Positions 1-11,800 are shown, numbered from the stretch's first letter. The stretch is 64,000 nucleotides of DNA from Octopus sinensis (GCF_006345805.1 NC_043000.1:6510001-6574000); one strand, 5' to 3'. Numbers and translations are program-made. Notes: a model not told the origin generated them from the letters alone.

Positions 1-555
1 GTATGCTTCGCTGGATGTGTAATGTAAGTGTACATGTTTGACAGTGCTAGGGATCTAAGAGAGAAGTTAGGCATCAGAGGAATTAGTTACTGTGTGCAAG
101 AGAGAAGAATGCACTGGTTTGGTCATGTGATGCAGATGGATACCAACAGCTCCATAAAGAAGTGCCAATCTCTCAGAGTGGATGGAACATGTGGAAGTAC
201 GAGACCCACGAAGACATGGCGTGGAGTATTGAAGAACGACCTCAAGATGTTGAACCTTTCAGGTAAAATGACAAAAGACTGAGATGCCTGGTGCCTTGCT
301 GTACTCAAGGAGACCTGTACTCCACAACAGGAGTGTTCAAACAGATCCTTCTGGTGATATAAAGCACTCATGGTGGTGCCACATAAAAGCACCCGTGCAG
401 TACCATGTAAAAGCAGCCATGCAGCGACACGTAAAAGCACCTGTGCAGTGCCATGTAAAAGTGCCCCCTGTGATACCATGTAAAAGCACCCAGCACACTC
501 CATAAAATGGTTGGCATTAGAAGGGCATCCAGCTGTAGAAACCATGCCAAATCAG
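1..555 (+). mobile_element. RTE-clade LINE 3' end (ORF2 C-terminus plus 3' UTR with ~24-bp TAAAAGCACC subrepeats)
   Basis: Translates as MLRWMCNVS..., RDLREKLGIRGI...QERRMHWFGHVMQMD, typical of RTE ORF2 C-termini. It is followed by the GGAAGGGCATCCAGC tail that recurs across the window. Confidence 0.8.
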
Positions 556-893
556 ACTGAGGTTTTTACTTGCACCTTGTTAATAATTTGAAACAGTGAA
601 AATGTATATAAATTTGGTAAATGGCTGTAGTTTCTGTGTTGTTTTGCAGAACCTCATATCTTTTACACACTATACACATATAACTGTTGCCATCACTCTG
701 TGGAAATTTCGTTTAATTCCAACAAGTAGGTTTTAAATAAAATAAAAAATGTTACATCATTAATAATTTGAAACGCAATGTATATATATATATAATCAAT
801 CCAAACATGAACAGGCAAGTAAAAATAACAAGATGAGGATGTGGAATAAGTACAGTGTTATTGGACGCTCAGGAAAGGAAAGAAAAGAAAGAG

Positions 894-929
894 CATTTCA
901 TGTTTCGAGTGGAGCTCTTCATCAGAAAT
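894..929 (-). ncRNA. Degenerate minimal type I hammerhead ribozyme motif in a Penelope-like terminal repeat
   Basis: Minus strand reads attt CTGATGA A GAG ctcca CTC GAAA CA TG aaat. The CUGAUGA and GAAA core is intact and helices I and II pair, but helix III and the cleavage triplet are decayed. Confidence 0.5.
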
Positions 930-1002
930 ATAGGAAAAGACCAAAGAAGGGAAGACCGAGAAAGAAAATTGCCAACAATACACATGCGGTCACATATTGA
1001 TA

Positions 1003-1175
1003 TCATCCTCATCATCATTTAGCACCTGCTTTCCATGTTGGCATGGGTTGGGCGGTCTGCTAGGAGCTGGCAAGCCAGAGGGCTGCTTTGGAATTGTTTC
1101 TATGGCTGGATGTCCTTCCTAATGCCAACCACTCTACAGAGTGTGATAGGTGGTTTTCATGAGGCACCAGCACCA
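1003..1175 (-). mobile_element. RTE-tail-derived repeat copy
   Basis: (CAT)n tail, then ttccatgttggcatgggttgg and ggatgtccttcctaatgccaacc; reverse complement of the tail at 350-555. Confidence 0.7.
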
Positions 1176-1273
1176 ATGATATCACAAAGTATCTTGCAAA
1201 ACAAGATTCTCTTCAAATGAGGGGTAGTAATATTAAGGGAGGTGGGTTTGTACCAAGTGAGGAGACATTAGAC

Positions 1274-1469
1274 CAGTGGATCTTAACTGGGGTCCACGTG
1301 GCCCTTGGGAGCCCATATAAAATATTTTGTTGTTAAAATTTATGTGGAATAAATTGGTTATACTTCTATAATACGCAAAATATTTTTTTCGAGTTTAAAG
1401 ACATCAAATGGTTTTGAGGATTCATCCAAATGAAACAGGAATCAAGGATACAATGGTTGAGAAACACTG
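1274..1469. mobile_element. hAT (Charlie-like) MITE
   Basis: Imperfect TIRs cagtggatcttaact and gttgagaaacactg, with TTAGA-containing flanks resembling the Charlie TCTAGA target. Confidence 0.45.
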
Positions 1470-1909
1470 GGTTTAGAATATGATAGAAGGACAGGAACAG
1501 GTGTCTTGCAGTAGAGGAGATACATGGCTACCCTTGTTGGAAAAAGTGTGTGGAGGAAGAGGGAGAGGAGATGTGTTAGGGCATACCCTTAAGTTTCAGG
1601 AACGGGTATATGAGTGAAGTGATATTGAGGATGGGATTGGGTGGGCATGTAAGTTCATGAAAGTGCAAAAGAAGAGTGAGAGATAGAGAGGAGAAGAATG
1701 CAGGGTGTGATGAAAACAGGTGGAGAGACAGAGAGAAATAATGTTAAAAATGAGTTGTGGAAGAGAGATTTGTTAGGTTCAGATTTTGTGCAGGGTTCTA
1801 GACATAAGTAATTGTCCTTTAAGGGCCTCATTTTTACAAATTTTGTGCCATAAATAAACTAAACATATTAGATACGGAAAAAAAATACAAGAAAGTTATA
1901 TAAACTTAC

Positions 1910-2126
1910 CGTTTTTCAAAAACTTCTTGTTAAAAGGACAAAATCTGAATAATGGACAGATCGGAGTTATAGAACAGACAACAATAGTGATGACAATTAC
2001 AAAGAATAAAATCATTCCAGCGATTATATCAAGTTTTGTCCAGAAACCAAGTTCTATTACGTAACCTGGGGAAACTGCTTGTGATGACATTTTCAAATTA
2101 CTTAATTCTGTTATATTAGTGTCAAC
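1910..2126 (-). CDS. Internal coding exon (217 bp, phase 0 to 1) of an unidentified single-pass membrane protein: VDTNITELSNLKMSSQAVSPGYVIELGFWTKLDIIAGMILFFVIVITIVVCSITPICPLFRFCPFNKKFLKN(G)
   Basis: Acceptor tttttacag|G at 2127 and donor G|gtaagt at 1909-1904. Only one frame is open. The sequence is non-repetitive, with a hydrophobic run IIAGMILFFVIVITIVV followed by Cys and basic residues. Confidence 0.7.
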
Positions 2127-2161
2127 CTGTAAAAATATCAAAAAAATTTAAATTTAAGTAA

Positions 2162-2286
2162 ATTATCATATAGCAGTAGTGGTGATGGTGGTGGTGGTGG
2201 CGGTGGCAGTGGCGGTGGTGGTGGTGGTGGTGGCGGTGGCGGTGGTGGTGGCGGTGGCAGTGGTGGTGGTGGTTTTGGTGGTGGTA
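2162..2286. repeat. (GGT/GGC)n microsatellite
   Basis: Visible directly in the sequence. Confidence 0.95.
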
Positions 2287-2290
2287 GAAT

Positions 2291-2489
2291 TTTTTTTTTT
2301 TGCCAAATAAACACACGCACTATATATTTATTCTTCACTTGTTTTTAACTGTTCTTATTAAAAAAAAAACAATTTTTAAAATTTTAACTCATATCCATTG
2401 TCTGAAAATCTTACTCCATTCTGTTCTTCTAACAAAAGAATAATAAAATAATTGGAGCAAGAGTACACACGAAAAGGAAAAGTGTCGCT
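2291..2489. repeat. Left arm of a ~199-bp near-identical inverted repeat (partner 4170-4368)
   Basis: Reverse complement of 4170-4368, differing only in homopolymer lengths and one substitution (cacacg vs cacatg). Confidence 0.9.
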
Positions 2490-2743
2490 CCAAAAGAATG
2501 AAAAGCCAGAAAAATGGTAGTAGTAGTCCTTTGCACAAGGCCTGAAATTTGGGGGAGGGAGAAGTTGATTACATTGACCCACCCCGCAGTATTTGACAGA
2601 TACTTATTTTATTGATACCCTGAAAGGATGAAAAGCCAAGTTGACTTCTATGGAATTTGAGCGCAGAACATACAGCTGGAAGAAATGCCACTAACCATTT
2701 TTTCCACTCACTGCAAAAATAATAATAATAATAATAATAATAC

Positions 2744-3266
2744 TGGCTTCTGATCTGAACTGATTGCAAGTGTTATCATGTACATTGATTTGTCTTGGTA
2801 TAAAAGATGGGCTACAGCAAATATTCTGCTCAATACCACAGATTTGCTTGCCAGTTGTTTGACCTTAACCAGTTGAGCATGTCCCTTAGTGGCTGACGAT
2901 ACGTGCATCTCTGATCACGAGCAGAAGTAGTGGGGGAGCATCATGGCCATGTGTTGAGAGGGATTCTTTGGAGTTTGAATGGTTCACCTCTGGAAACATA
3001 GGTGGTTCTTTCAACATCCTTAAACAACCCTTATTCGGGGACCGTTTGAGCGGGATGGGCTACTCAACCTGAAGAAAATTCTAACTGGGCCCCACGTGCA
3101 AGGTCATGTGCTGTTTATCTTGATATGAGATCACCATGTCGCGCACATATGGTTGTGATGCATGTGCCTGGTGTACCTTTATCAGACGGGTAGTCATGAT
3201 GGGTATATTGGGCTTCGTATATTTTACCCCAGTGTCACTTTGATGGCATGCACTGCTCTCTCACTC
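2744..3266. mobile_element. ~530-550 bp non-coding interspersed element flanked by (TAA)n (family E), copy 1
   Basis: Highly similar to 35726-36282. Both copies are bounded by (AAT)n, and a partial inverted copy lies at ~6283-6430. Confidence 0.85.
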
Positions 3267-3301
<35 letters not shown>

Positions 3302-4070
3302 TAATCCTTTCTACTATAGGCCCAAGGGCCTGAAATTTGGGGATAGGGAGATAGTCAATTACATTGACCCCAGTGCTCAACTGGTACTAATTTTATTGAC
3401 CCCAAAAGGATGAAAGGCAAAGTCGACCTTGGTGGAATTTGAACTCGGAATATAAAAAATGAATGAAATGCCACAAAACATTTAGTCCAGCATGTTAATG
3501 ATCCTGTCAGTTTGTCACCCTATGGTTTCAAATTTTGGGTTAGGGTTAGGGTTAGCAATTTCAGGGCATAGAGTTAAATCAATTACATTGGCCCCAGTAC
3601 TCAACTGGTACTTGTTTTATTGACCCCAAATGGATGAAGGGCATAGCTGACCTCAGAGGAATTTAAATACAGAATGTAAAGGCAGATGAAATGCCACTAA
3701 ACCTTTTACCCAGTGTGCTAACGATTTTTCCGGCTTGTCACCTTAATAATAATAATTCTTTCTACAATAGGCACAAGGCCTGACCTTTGGGGGAAGCAGA
3801 GAACTAGTCAATTGAATTGGCCTTCAGTACTCAACTGGTACTCACTCTTACTTACTCTGTTGATTCTGAAAGGAGAAAGGCAAAGGTGACCTCATCAGAA
3901 TTTAAACTCAGCATACAAAGCCAGAACAAATGTTGAAAAGCATTTCATCCAGTTACATTTATCAATTTGTGTTGCAAGATTCCTGATGTGAAACCATGTG
4001 TTGAAACAGATATCCTTGTATTTCAGGATGGTAATTTTTTTTTACTTTTTGCCAAAGCACTGTATGTTTG

Positions 4071-4368
4071 TTCTTCACTCACTTATTACTGTTCTTATTT
4101 TTAAAAAAAATTTATTCTAACTCATGTCCATTGCCTGAAAATCTTACTTCACACATCTGTGACCTCTTCAGCGACACTTTTCCTTTTCATGTGTACTCTT
4201 GCTCCAATTATTTTATTATTCTTTTGTTAGAAGAACAGAATGGAGTAAGATTTTCAGACAATGGATATGAGTTAAAATTTTTTAAATTGTTTTTTTTTTT
4301 AATAAGAACAGTTAAAAACAAGTGAAGAATAAATATATAGTGCGTGTGTTTATTTGGCAAAAAAAAAA
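4071..4368. mobile_element. Fold-back element (arms 4071-4148 and 4244-4329) carrying a hammerhead remnant at 4147-4175; Penelope-like terminal repeat derivative
   Basis: Internal inverted arms are visible. The minus strand reads gtgtcg CTGAAGA GGTCACA gatg TGTGA-, with the GAAA block lost. Confidence 0.55.
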
Positions 4369-4731
4369 GAATGACCATCCCGAAATACAACAATATTTCA
4401 TCCAGTGTTCTAGTAATTCTGCCAGTTCACCACCTTAATAGTAACAACAATAATATAGCTTTCAAATTTTAGTGCAAACCCAGCAAGTTCATGGGAATGG
4501 GTAAGTCAGTTACATAAACCCCAGTGTTCAACTGGTACTTGTTTTATTGACTCCAAAAGAACGAAAAGCAAAAGTTGACCTTGGCAGAATTTGAACACAG
4601 AATGTAAAGATGAATGAAATGCTGTCAAGCATTTTGCCTGGCATTGCTAATGATTCTGCCAGTTTGCCTCTTCAGTAATAATAGTAATAGAATCATTTTA
4701 ACAGTCTAAAGACACACAAAAACTGTTAAAT

Positions 4732-5213
4732 TTAATTTCCAGAGATTTCATGAAGTCTTGAAATTTCCTTTGTATAGCTATTTTCCACGACCTTCTGCCA
4801 ATGATCTGCAAGCTTTCGGATTTGGTCAAAGTTCCAATCCTTCAACTTTGAATTGAAAAATTTTTGACAGACTTCTTCAACTTCATCTAATGACACAAAT
4901 TGGTGACCTTTCATAAAGTGCTGCATTAATCAGAAGAGACCGTGGTCAGCTGGAGCAACATCTGGATTCTAGGCTGGACGCAGGGGATCTTCCACTCTGT
5001 TCAATTCTTCAATCTTGTTGCTGGTCTTTCTGGCAGTGTGCGGCTTTGCATTGTCTTGTTGAAATGAAGCACGTTTTCAATGAACAAGTCTTGGGTACTT
5101 TTCAACAGTGAGTTACCGCTGAACATGACATGAACTGAATGAACACATACACCACAAAAATATATTAAAAAATCATTATTCTAACACGGTGCACAAACTT
5201 TTTCTTCACCCAA
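4732..5213 (-). mobile_element. Internally deleted mariner remnant
   Basis: Translates as FQQDNAKPHTARKT...P*NPDVAPADHGLF*LMQHFM...DHWQKVVEN. One TIR-like end (ttgggtgaagaaaaagtttgtgcac) lies at ~5190-5213. Confidence 0.75.
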
Positions 5214-5360
5214 GTAAAACAACAAACAGGATTCTATTAAAAATTGATGACATAAGTGCATGACTAAGCCATTCAAGTGTTTGATAAACACATTCAGTAT
5301 TTGCCTTATCGGTAGCTGGTGTGACCAGTGAAATAGATAATAGTATCAACAGCTGTTTAA

Positions 5361-5627
5361 CCCTTTCGATACCAACCTGGCTGAAACTGCCTCTGACTCT
5401 GTAGTACAAATGTCTTGTTTTCATAAGTTTTGAATTAAAATCTTCCATCAAGCCTTAGTCACAACTTATGTTCCTAACACCAGCTTAATGATAAATTATT
5501 TTACTAAATTCTTTGTTATATTTAAATTTAATTGAAAGAAACACCATCTTAATGATAACTAAGTTACTTTACTAAATTCTTTGTTATATTTAAAATTAAT
5601 TGAAAGAAATACAAATAAACAAAAGGG
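5361..5627. mobile_element. piggyBac-like MITE with an internal tandem duplication
   Basis: TTAA|CCCTTT...AAAGGG|TTAA ends; same family as 37671-37891. Confidence 0.8.
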
Positions 5628-5741
5628 TTAACTCATTTGACATCAGTTGTGATTGAGAGTGTATTGAAATGTCATTAACAACTTTTTCTTTGGAACCTTA
5701 ACTTTGACAGTCCAGGGCTATATAAAGATGCTGCCCCTTAA

Positions 5742-5956
5742 CATTTTAGCATTTAAACTAGTCATATCTGGCCCAAATATTCTACCTGTTTTATGTTCAA
5801 ACTGCCCAGACCTTTCACACCTATCTTACAATGTCATTCTAGAAATAAGCAATCACATTATTGAAATCTTGAAGCTATGAGATAATGTATGATTATTTCA
5901 AAACTATGTGAATAAATAAGAATTATGCTTGACAAAGTAATCTGAATGGTAATGGA
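5742..5956. mobile_element. Second, decayed piggyBac-like MITE family
   Basis: TTAA flanks with decayed TIRs (cattttagcattta and tctgaatggtaatgga). Confidence 0.5.
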
Positions 5957-6634
5957 TTAACTAGTCAGTGACCCTATGTGGCCATGATAAATAACTGCAA
6001 GAATTGATGCCATTCAACCTGGCTACAGAACTTGATAATGGCAGTTCTCTCAACAACAGATACTGTCATTATTGACAACTCACATGAACTGCTTCACTCG
6101 GTGCAAATATCTCTTTTCTTTTGTTTATTGCAATGACAACATATTTTTGTTAACGATGACACTGTGTAACATGATTTTTGTCCCTAGGTAGCAGCTGTTA
6201 TTTCCTATTTGCTTGTTCCTAGAAAGTATGAAAATCGGTTAATATTTCCTTCAAATTTTGCTTTTGTTACATTTATACAAAACCTCAAAGAATCCCTTTC
6301 AACACATGGCTATGATGCTCTCCCCACTGCAGAGATGCACATATTCTCATCCACTAAGGGACACGCTCAAGTGGTTATAGTCAAGCAACTAACAAGCAAT
6401 CTGGGACATTGAACAGAATATTTGCTAAAACAATATTTCTGCTTCAACAATTCAGCGTTGAATCTGTCTGAAATGTAATGGAAAATAGATCAGTTTTAAA
6501 ACATTGATGTCCTGATCACAAAAGCAAAGTTGGAAGGGAATAGTAGTCATTTCATTTGATTTCTATACAGAAGCAAATAGGAAATAACACTTACTGACCA
6601 ATGACAAAATATTGTTACACATCTGTAATAACTA

Positions 6635-7197
6635 TTGGGTTGTCCGGAAAGTTTGTGCCGATTTTTAAAGGAAAGAAAAAGGTCAATAAATACTTGCCAT
6701 TACATTTTTAATCAACCAAATATGAAACATTTTGTTGCACAATGCGTTTCCATCTTTCCTTTAACTTGAAAATACCCTCTTTCCAGAATTAAGATGGTTT
6801 GATGGCAAAGAATTCATCAAGGTATCTTTTTACGTCATCCAAGGAATTGAAATTTTTACCATTAAGACTATTCTGCAGAGACCTGAATAAGTGGAAATCC
6901 GAAGGAGCAATATCTGGTGAATATGGAGGGTGGGGTAACACATCCCAGCTGAGCTGCAGCAATTTTTATCTGGTTCCCAAAGCATCAAGTGCCAAAAATG
7001 AACTTTATCTTCCATTTTAAAGGGTTACAAAATTAACACAGGTTATAGGAACATAAACCTTCTTTCACGAAAAGATAACTTAAACTGTGTTCTAAATGGA
7101 GGTGTAGTCAAATACTATTTTATGGACTCAACCAGGTTCTAAAATAAATTGAAAGGTAAGCTACTATAAATCGGCACGAACTTTCTGGACAACCCAA
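6635..7197 (-). mobile_element. Non-autonomous mariner deletion derivative (563 bp)
   Basis: TA TSDs and TIRs ttgggttgtccggaaagtt(t/c)gtgccgattt. Internal remnant on the minus strand reads SPDIAPSDFHLFRSLQNSLNGKNFNSLDDVKRYLDEFF. Confidence 0.92.
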
Positions 7198-7377
7198 TAT
7201 TTTGCATCTGGAACTTCATACAGACTTTTATTCTTCCACCTTTCAACCAAACCAAAATATTCCACTGTTACTTACTTCATTTTGACTAAGTCATGGACAG
7301 CCAGAAACAACATGGTTGACTGTTACTTCATGGCTTCCACATACTTTGCAGATATTTTTCATAGCTTCATACCCACA

Positions 7378-7760
7378 CAGGTTTGGTTGCGTGGCTAAGA
7401 AGCTTGCTTCCCAAAAAGGTGGCTCTAAGTTCAGTTCCACTGTGTGACACCTTGGACAAGTGTCTTCTACTATAGCCCTAGGCTGTCCAAAGCCTTGTGA
7501 GTGGATTAAAAGATGGAAACTGAAAGAAGACCGTTATAAATGTATATGTGTGTATATATGCATAAATATATATGTATGTATATAAGTGTGTTTGAGTGTG
7601 TTTATATATACCCTTGTCTTGATGTCTTATGATGGTTGTAAGCTAGCATTGATGTGATGTTGTTCATTTCCAGTCTTCCATGAGAATTATGTGTGGCCAT
7701 ATTGAAACAAAAACCTTGTTTGGAAACAGGTGGTGTGTCTGGCAACAAGGCACCTGTTGA
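7378..7760 (+). mobile_element. tRNA-derived SINE (family A), long variant
   Basis: Head gttgcgtggctaagaagcttgcttccc, body ccttggacaagtgtcttctactatag and gaaactgaaagaag, with an internal (TA/TG)n tract. Confidence 0.75.
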
Positions 7761-7904
7761 CAGGTGGGCTATCTGGTTGTAGAAAATCTTCCACAACAAA
7801 TCCCATCTGATCCAAATGAACATGGAGAATTGGACGCTAAAACAACAACAACAACAATGGTAGTGGCGCTGGTGGTGGAGGACAATGAAGCTGCTGCTGC
7901 TGAT

Positions 7905-7912
7905 AATGATGA

Positions 7913-7951
<39 letters not shown>

Positions 7952-8047
7952 TGATGATGCTGCTGCTGATGATGATGCTGATGATGTGGAGGAAGAGGAT
8001 TTTTTTTTACACTCTCCTGCTTCTTCCTTCCTTCTTCCTTTCTTTCT

Positions 8048-8080
<33 letters not shown>

Positions 8081-8556
8081 TTCCTTCCTTCTTCCTTTCT
8101 TTCTTCCTTTCTTCTTCCTTCCTTCTTCCTTCCTCCTTCTTCCTTTCTTTCTTTCTTCTTTCTTTCTTCTTCCTTTCTTTCTTCCTTCCTTCCTTCCTTC
8201 CTCCTTCCTTCCTTCTTCCTTCCTTCTTCCTTCCTTCCTTCCTCCTTCCTTCCTTCCTTCCTTCTTCTTCCTTCTTTCTTTCTTTTCTTCTTTCTTTCTT
8301 TCTTTCTTTCTTCTTTCTTTCTTTCTTTCTTTTTTCTTTCTTTCTTCTTTCTTTCTTCTTTCTTCTTTCTTCTTTCTTTCTTTCTTCTTTCTTTCTTTCT
8401 TTCTTTCTTCTTTCTTTCTTTCTTTCTTCCTTCCTCCTTCCTTCCTTCCTTCCTTCCTTCCTTCCTTCCTTCCTTCCTTCCTTCCTTCCTCCTTCCTTCC
8501 TTCCTTCCTTCCTTCCTTCCTTCCTTCTTCTTCCTTCCTTTCTTTTTTCTTTCTTT
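7905..8556. repeat. (GAC/GAT)n followed by a ~540-bp homopyrimidine (CTT/CTTT/CCTT)n tract
   Basis: Visible directly; source of the K/E/R-rich and F/L/S-rich artefact ORFs at 7764-8667. Confidence 0.95.
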
Positions 8557-8924
8557 CGTATTTGTTCCCTTTAACCACTTCCCCTTGTCAAATGCTCTTC
8601 TCAAATATTCATGTTTCGCAGAGGATTTTCTTGTCTTAAGCAAAAACATAACAGTTTGAAGTTCCATTTTTAATTTAGCATTTTTTTTTGGTAATTTTCA
8701 AATATTTCTTTAATTATTCTCATCATCTTCTACACAGCCTTCCCAGCCTCCCATTACATTAAATTCTGTTTATAGTTGCAAGCTTTTCGAAAGATGGAAG
8801 GCAAATCTTTATTTTGGCTTGTTTAATGTTTTCTAATTTTCTTTTGTATTAGTTTCCTTCTGTCATTTTTACCAGAAAATACCTGTTCATAGTTTGACAA
8901 TGTTATTCTAACCACAAAAGAGAT

Positions 8925-8928
8925 TATA

Positions 8929-8964
<36 letters not shown>

Positions 8965-9320
8965 GTGGTAGTAGCAGTAGTAGCAGCAGCAGCAGCAGCA
9001 GGAGTAGTTAGTGGTGATAGAGGAGGAGGGGGAGGAGGAGGTTGGTGGTGGTGGTGGTGGTGGTGGTGCTGTTATAGAAATATTATTTATTATTATTATT
9101 ATCATTATTATTACTATTATTACTACTACTACTACTACTACTACTACTATTATTATTACTACTACTACTACTATTATTATTATTATTGCTATTATTATTA
9201 TCATTATTATTACTATTATTATTATTATTATTTAGTAGTAGTAGTAGTAGTAGTAGTATATTAAAAGAAATCATTATCATCATCATCATTGTCATCATCG
9301 TCATCATCGCCACCATCATG
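8925..9320. repeat. Compound trinucleotide microsatellite (TAG, CAG, GGT, TAT, TAC, CAT)
   Basis: Visible directly in the sequence. Confidence 0.95.
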
Positions 9321-9444
9321 ATGTCTTCCAACAGTTTCGTGAGAATCTATTCTACTCCACCAGATGCACCAGATGTCTTCTCCATCTACGTGCAACTTTC
9401 TTGTCGTTTAGCAATGGAGAGGAGTTGTGTTGTTTGTCTCTTAC

Positions 9445-9495
9445 ATCTGTTTTATGTTGCTTTTGTGGTTGTTTAGTATATGGGTTTGCTTTGGT
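9445..9495 (-). CDS. Possible 51-bp symmetric phase-0 micro-exon (TKANPYTKQPQKQHKTD)
   Basis: Acceptor gtcttcctccag| and donor |gtaaga in unique sequence. Phase-compatible with the 2126 acceptor; no homology evidence. Confidence 0.2.
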
Positions 9496-10962
9496 CTGGA
9501 GGAAGACACTGTGCCCATCACCACTGAGACTGATGAACTCATCAAAGTTAATCATCATCATAATCATCATCACCACCATCACCATCATGATCATCATCAT
9601 CAGCAGCAGCAGCATCATCATCATCATTGTTGTAGTCATTGTTTAACATCTGTATTCCAGGCTGGCATGGGTTGGATGATTCCACAAGACCTGACTTGCC
9701 TAAGGACTATGTTGGTCTCCATTATCTGCTTGGGCAAGATTTCTAAGGCTGGTTAGAGCAGGGCTTTGGGAATAGACTCAAGGTAGGTAAAGAATGGAAG
9801 AGAGATAAGTAAGTGAGAAGTGTTTGAGTAGAAGTGGCATCAATGAACCAGTCAACACTATGGAGCAGAGGCCACAGTGGTAGTGGTAAAACAAACAGGA
9901 GGAGGAGACAGTATGTCTGTGCAGTGGTGTAGCTAGAGTGTGTGCTACCCAGGGCAGCTCTTGATTTTGCCATCCCCAGTCCTCCTGATCCCCAAACCTA
10001 TACAGGTTTATACAACAGACCCAAAAGAGTCATCCCTCATAAAAGCTCTACCTAGGGCAGACTGCATTGTTCCCAAATCCAAGTTACACTAATGCATCTG
10101 TGGTCCAAGAGCTGGAAAGTGTTGGTAAGTAACTTCATACCAATTCGTTGAGAACTCATTTAGGGAATTTGTGAGTGTGTGTTAATGTTTCATCCATTTG
10201 ATGTGTAGAGCATGTACAACATGTGTGTTGCATTTCTGGCAGAATCTTTAGTGTTGGACAAAATACATTGTGGTATTTGTTTCAGTTCTTTACATTTGAC
10301 ATTCGAATCCTGCTAAAGTCAACCATGTCTTTCATCCTTCTGGAATCAAAATAAGACTGTGACAGTCAATGTACCCTATCTACAGTCAATGCACCCTATT
10401 TGATGGCATAAAAAAACACCTGGGAATATTAGCTGCATCCCAATTTCCATGGTAACTATTCAGTGTCAGGGACAAAACTTTTTGTTGGAAGCTCAGCTTT
10501 GCATATAAGATGTGAGGATATAATTTGAGACACTGCCTTTGCATAAAACAAAAGCATCTTATACACCATCAAATACAGTAATTAACTAATTGACTAATTT
10601 TCTATCCACAAAAATTTTTGGTCTTGTGCCTAAATTAGAGGCAATTATTTTGGGGGAGATGGTGGTTTTTGTGTTTTGTATGAATTGTTTGAAGTATATT
10701 TTACTCACAGGTGGTGAGCGATGATTATGTGAAGAACGTGCAGCATGGATTACGTGGGTTGTGTTCTGTAATTAGGTGGCAATTATGTAGAATGTGAATT
10801 GCTCATGGTGTTTGAGACATGTTATAGTATCAGATGCCTATTATGTAAGAGTATCTGTGGTGTTATTTTATTGGGTAGGGATAATGATGTAGATTATGTG
10901 TTGTGCAAGTTGTGTTATGTTATCTAGTGATATTATTGATACAGTTATTATATATCAGTAAA

Positions 10963-11205
10963 GCGGTGAGCTGGTAAAATTGGTAGAATGTCAGAAGAAA
11001 ATGCTTACCAGCATTGCTTCTGATTCTTTAAATTCCGAATTAAAAATTTTGCTGCAGTTGGCTGAGTTTATCTTTTTACAGTTGATAAAATAAGTACCAG
11101 GTAAGAACTGAGGATGCTGCAATCAACCAAATTCTGCCACACACAACCACACACACACACACATACACACACAAAATTGCTGGCCTTGTACCAAAATTTG
11201 AAACC
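10963..11205 (+). mobile_element. tRNA-derived SINE family B
   Basis: Head gcggtgagctggtaaaattggtag and tail ggccttgtaccaaaatttgaaacc. Confidence 0.65.
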
Positions 11206-11379
11206 ATTATATATTCGGAAGTGCACTAAAAGAATGCTGACAGTGTCAGATGAAATGCTTTGTGGTATTTTTTTCAGACTCTTTGCATTCCAGACACCAT
11301 TTTTCTTAAGTACCACTTGGACAATATTATGTGAATGAAGACACTAGTATTGTTGATATTGTTGTTTAATCACGTGTCA

Positions 11380-11800
11380 GTCTTGACTGAGCACACTTAT
11401 GATTAAATGCATTCCAGACATGACTGTCCCATCATTTTATATATCAGGGAATACATTTTCTCATATATTATTTGTTATTTAAAGCATGTTCTGAAGGAGA
11501 TTTGGTTGATATTTCTAGTAAAGTGAGCAGCCAAACTCTTTCATCGCACAGTTGTATCTGATGTAAAGAAGGAATACTCAAGACTGGTTGCTAACCTCAG
11601 TTTAACCCTCATCAAGCAGATCTATGATCAAAGGCATTCCAGTTGTGACCATCCCATCTCTTTCCGCCAGGTACATGGTACCCACAACCACATTGTCCTT
11701 TGTGTTCATATTTTCTAAGACAGCAGACTGTAATTTGAAGGATATTTGGTTGCTATTTCTAGCAGGGCAGATGTCTGTGAAGAGGTTCCCTCTAGGGAGA
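11380..11800. repeat. Two adjacent copies of an unclassified interspersed repeat (also at ~23130-23220 and ~57335-57480)
   Basis: Shared motifs gcattccag..tgac..tccc and ggagatttggttg.tatttctag. Confidence 0.55.

Larger units (their letters stand above)
2520..4672 (-). mobile_element. Cluster of about five same-orientation tRNA-derived SINEs (family B), interleaved with other repeats
   Basis: The block ctactataggcacaaggcctgaaatttgg...gaccccagt...caactggtact...gaaaggatgaaaggcaaagtcgac...gaatttgaactc recurs near 2520, 3305, 3525, 3760 and 4455. Confidence 0.85.

Noticed and set aside
375-495. Regularly spaced GTAAAAGCACC motif resembling a CRISPR repeat-spacer array
   Set aside because: The intervening bases are also similar between units (a ~24-bp minisatellite), it is part of a dispersed LINE-tail family, and there are no cas genes in this eukaryotic context.
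3985-4025. Plus-strand CTGATGTG...GAAAC hammerhead-like string
   Set aside because: A9 is absent, helix II is weak and no helix I partner was found.
7764-9264. Long ORFs of 229-291 aa and neighbouring homopolymeric ORFs
   Set aside because: Products of stop-free microsatellites, open in several frames at once.
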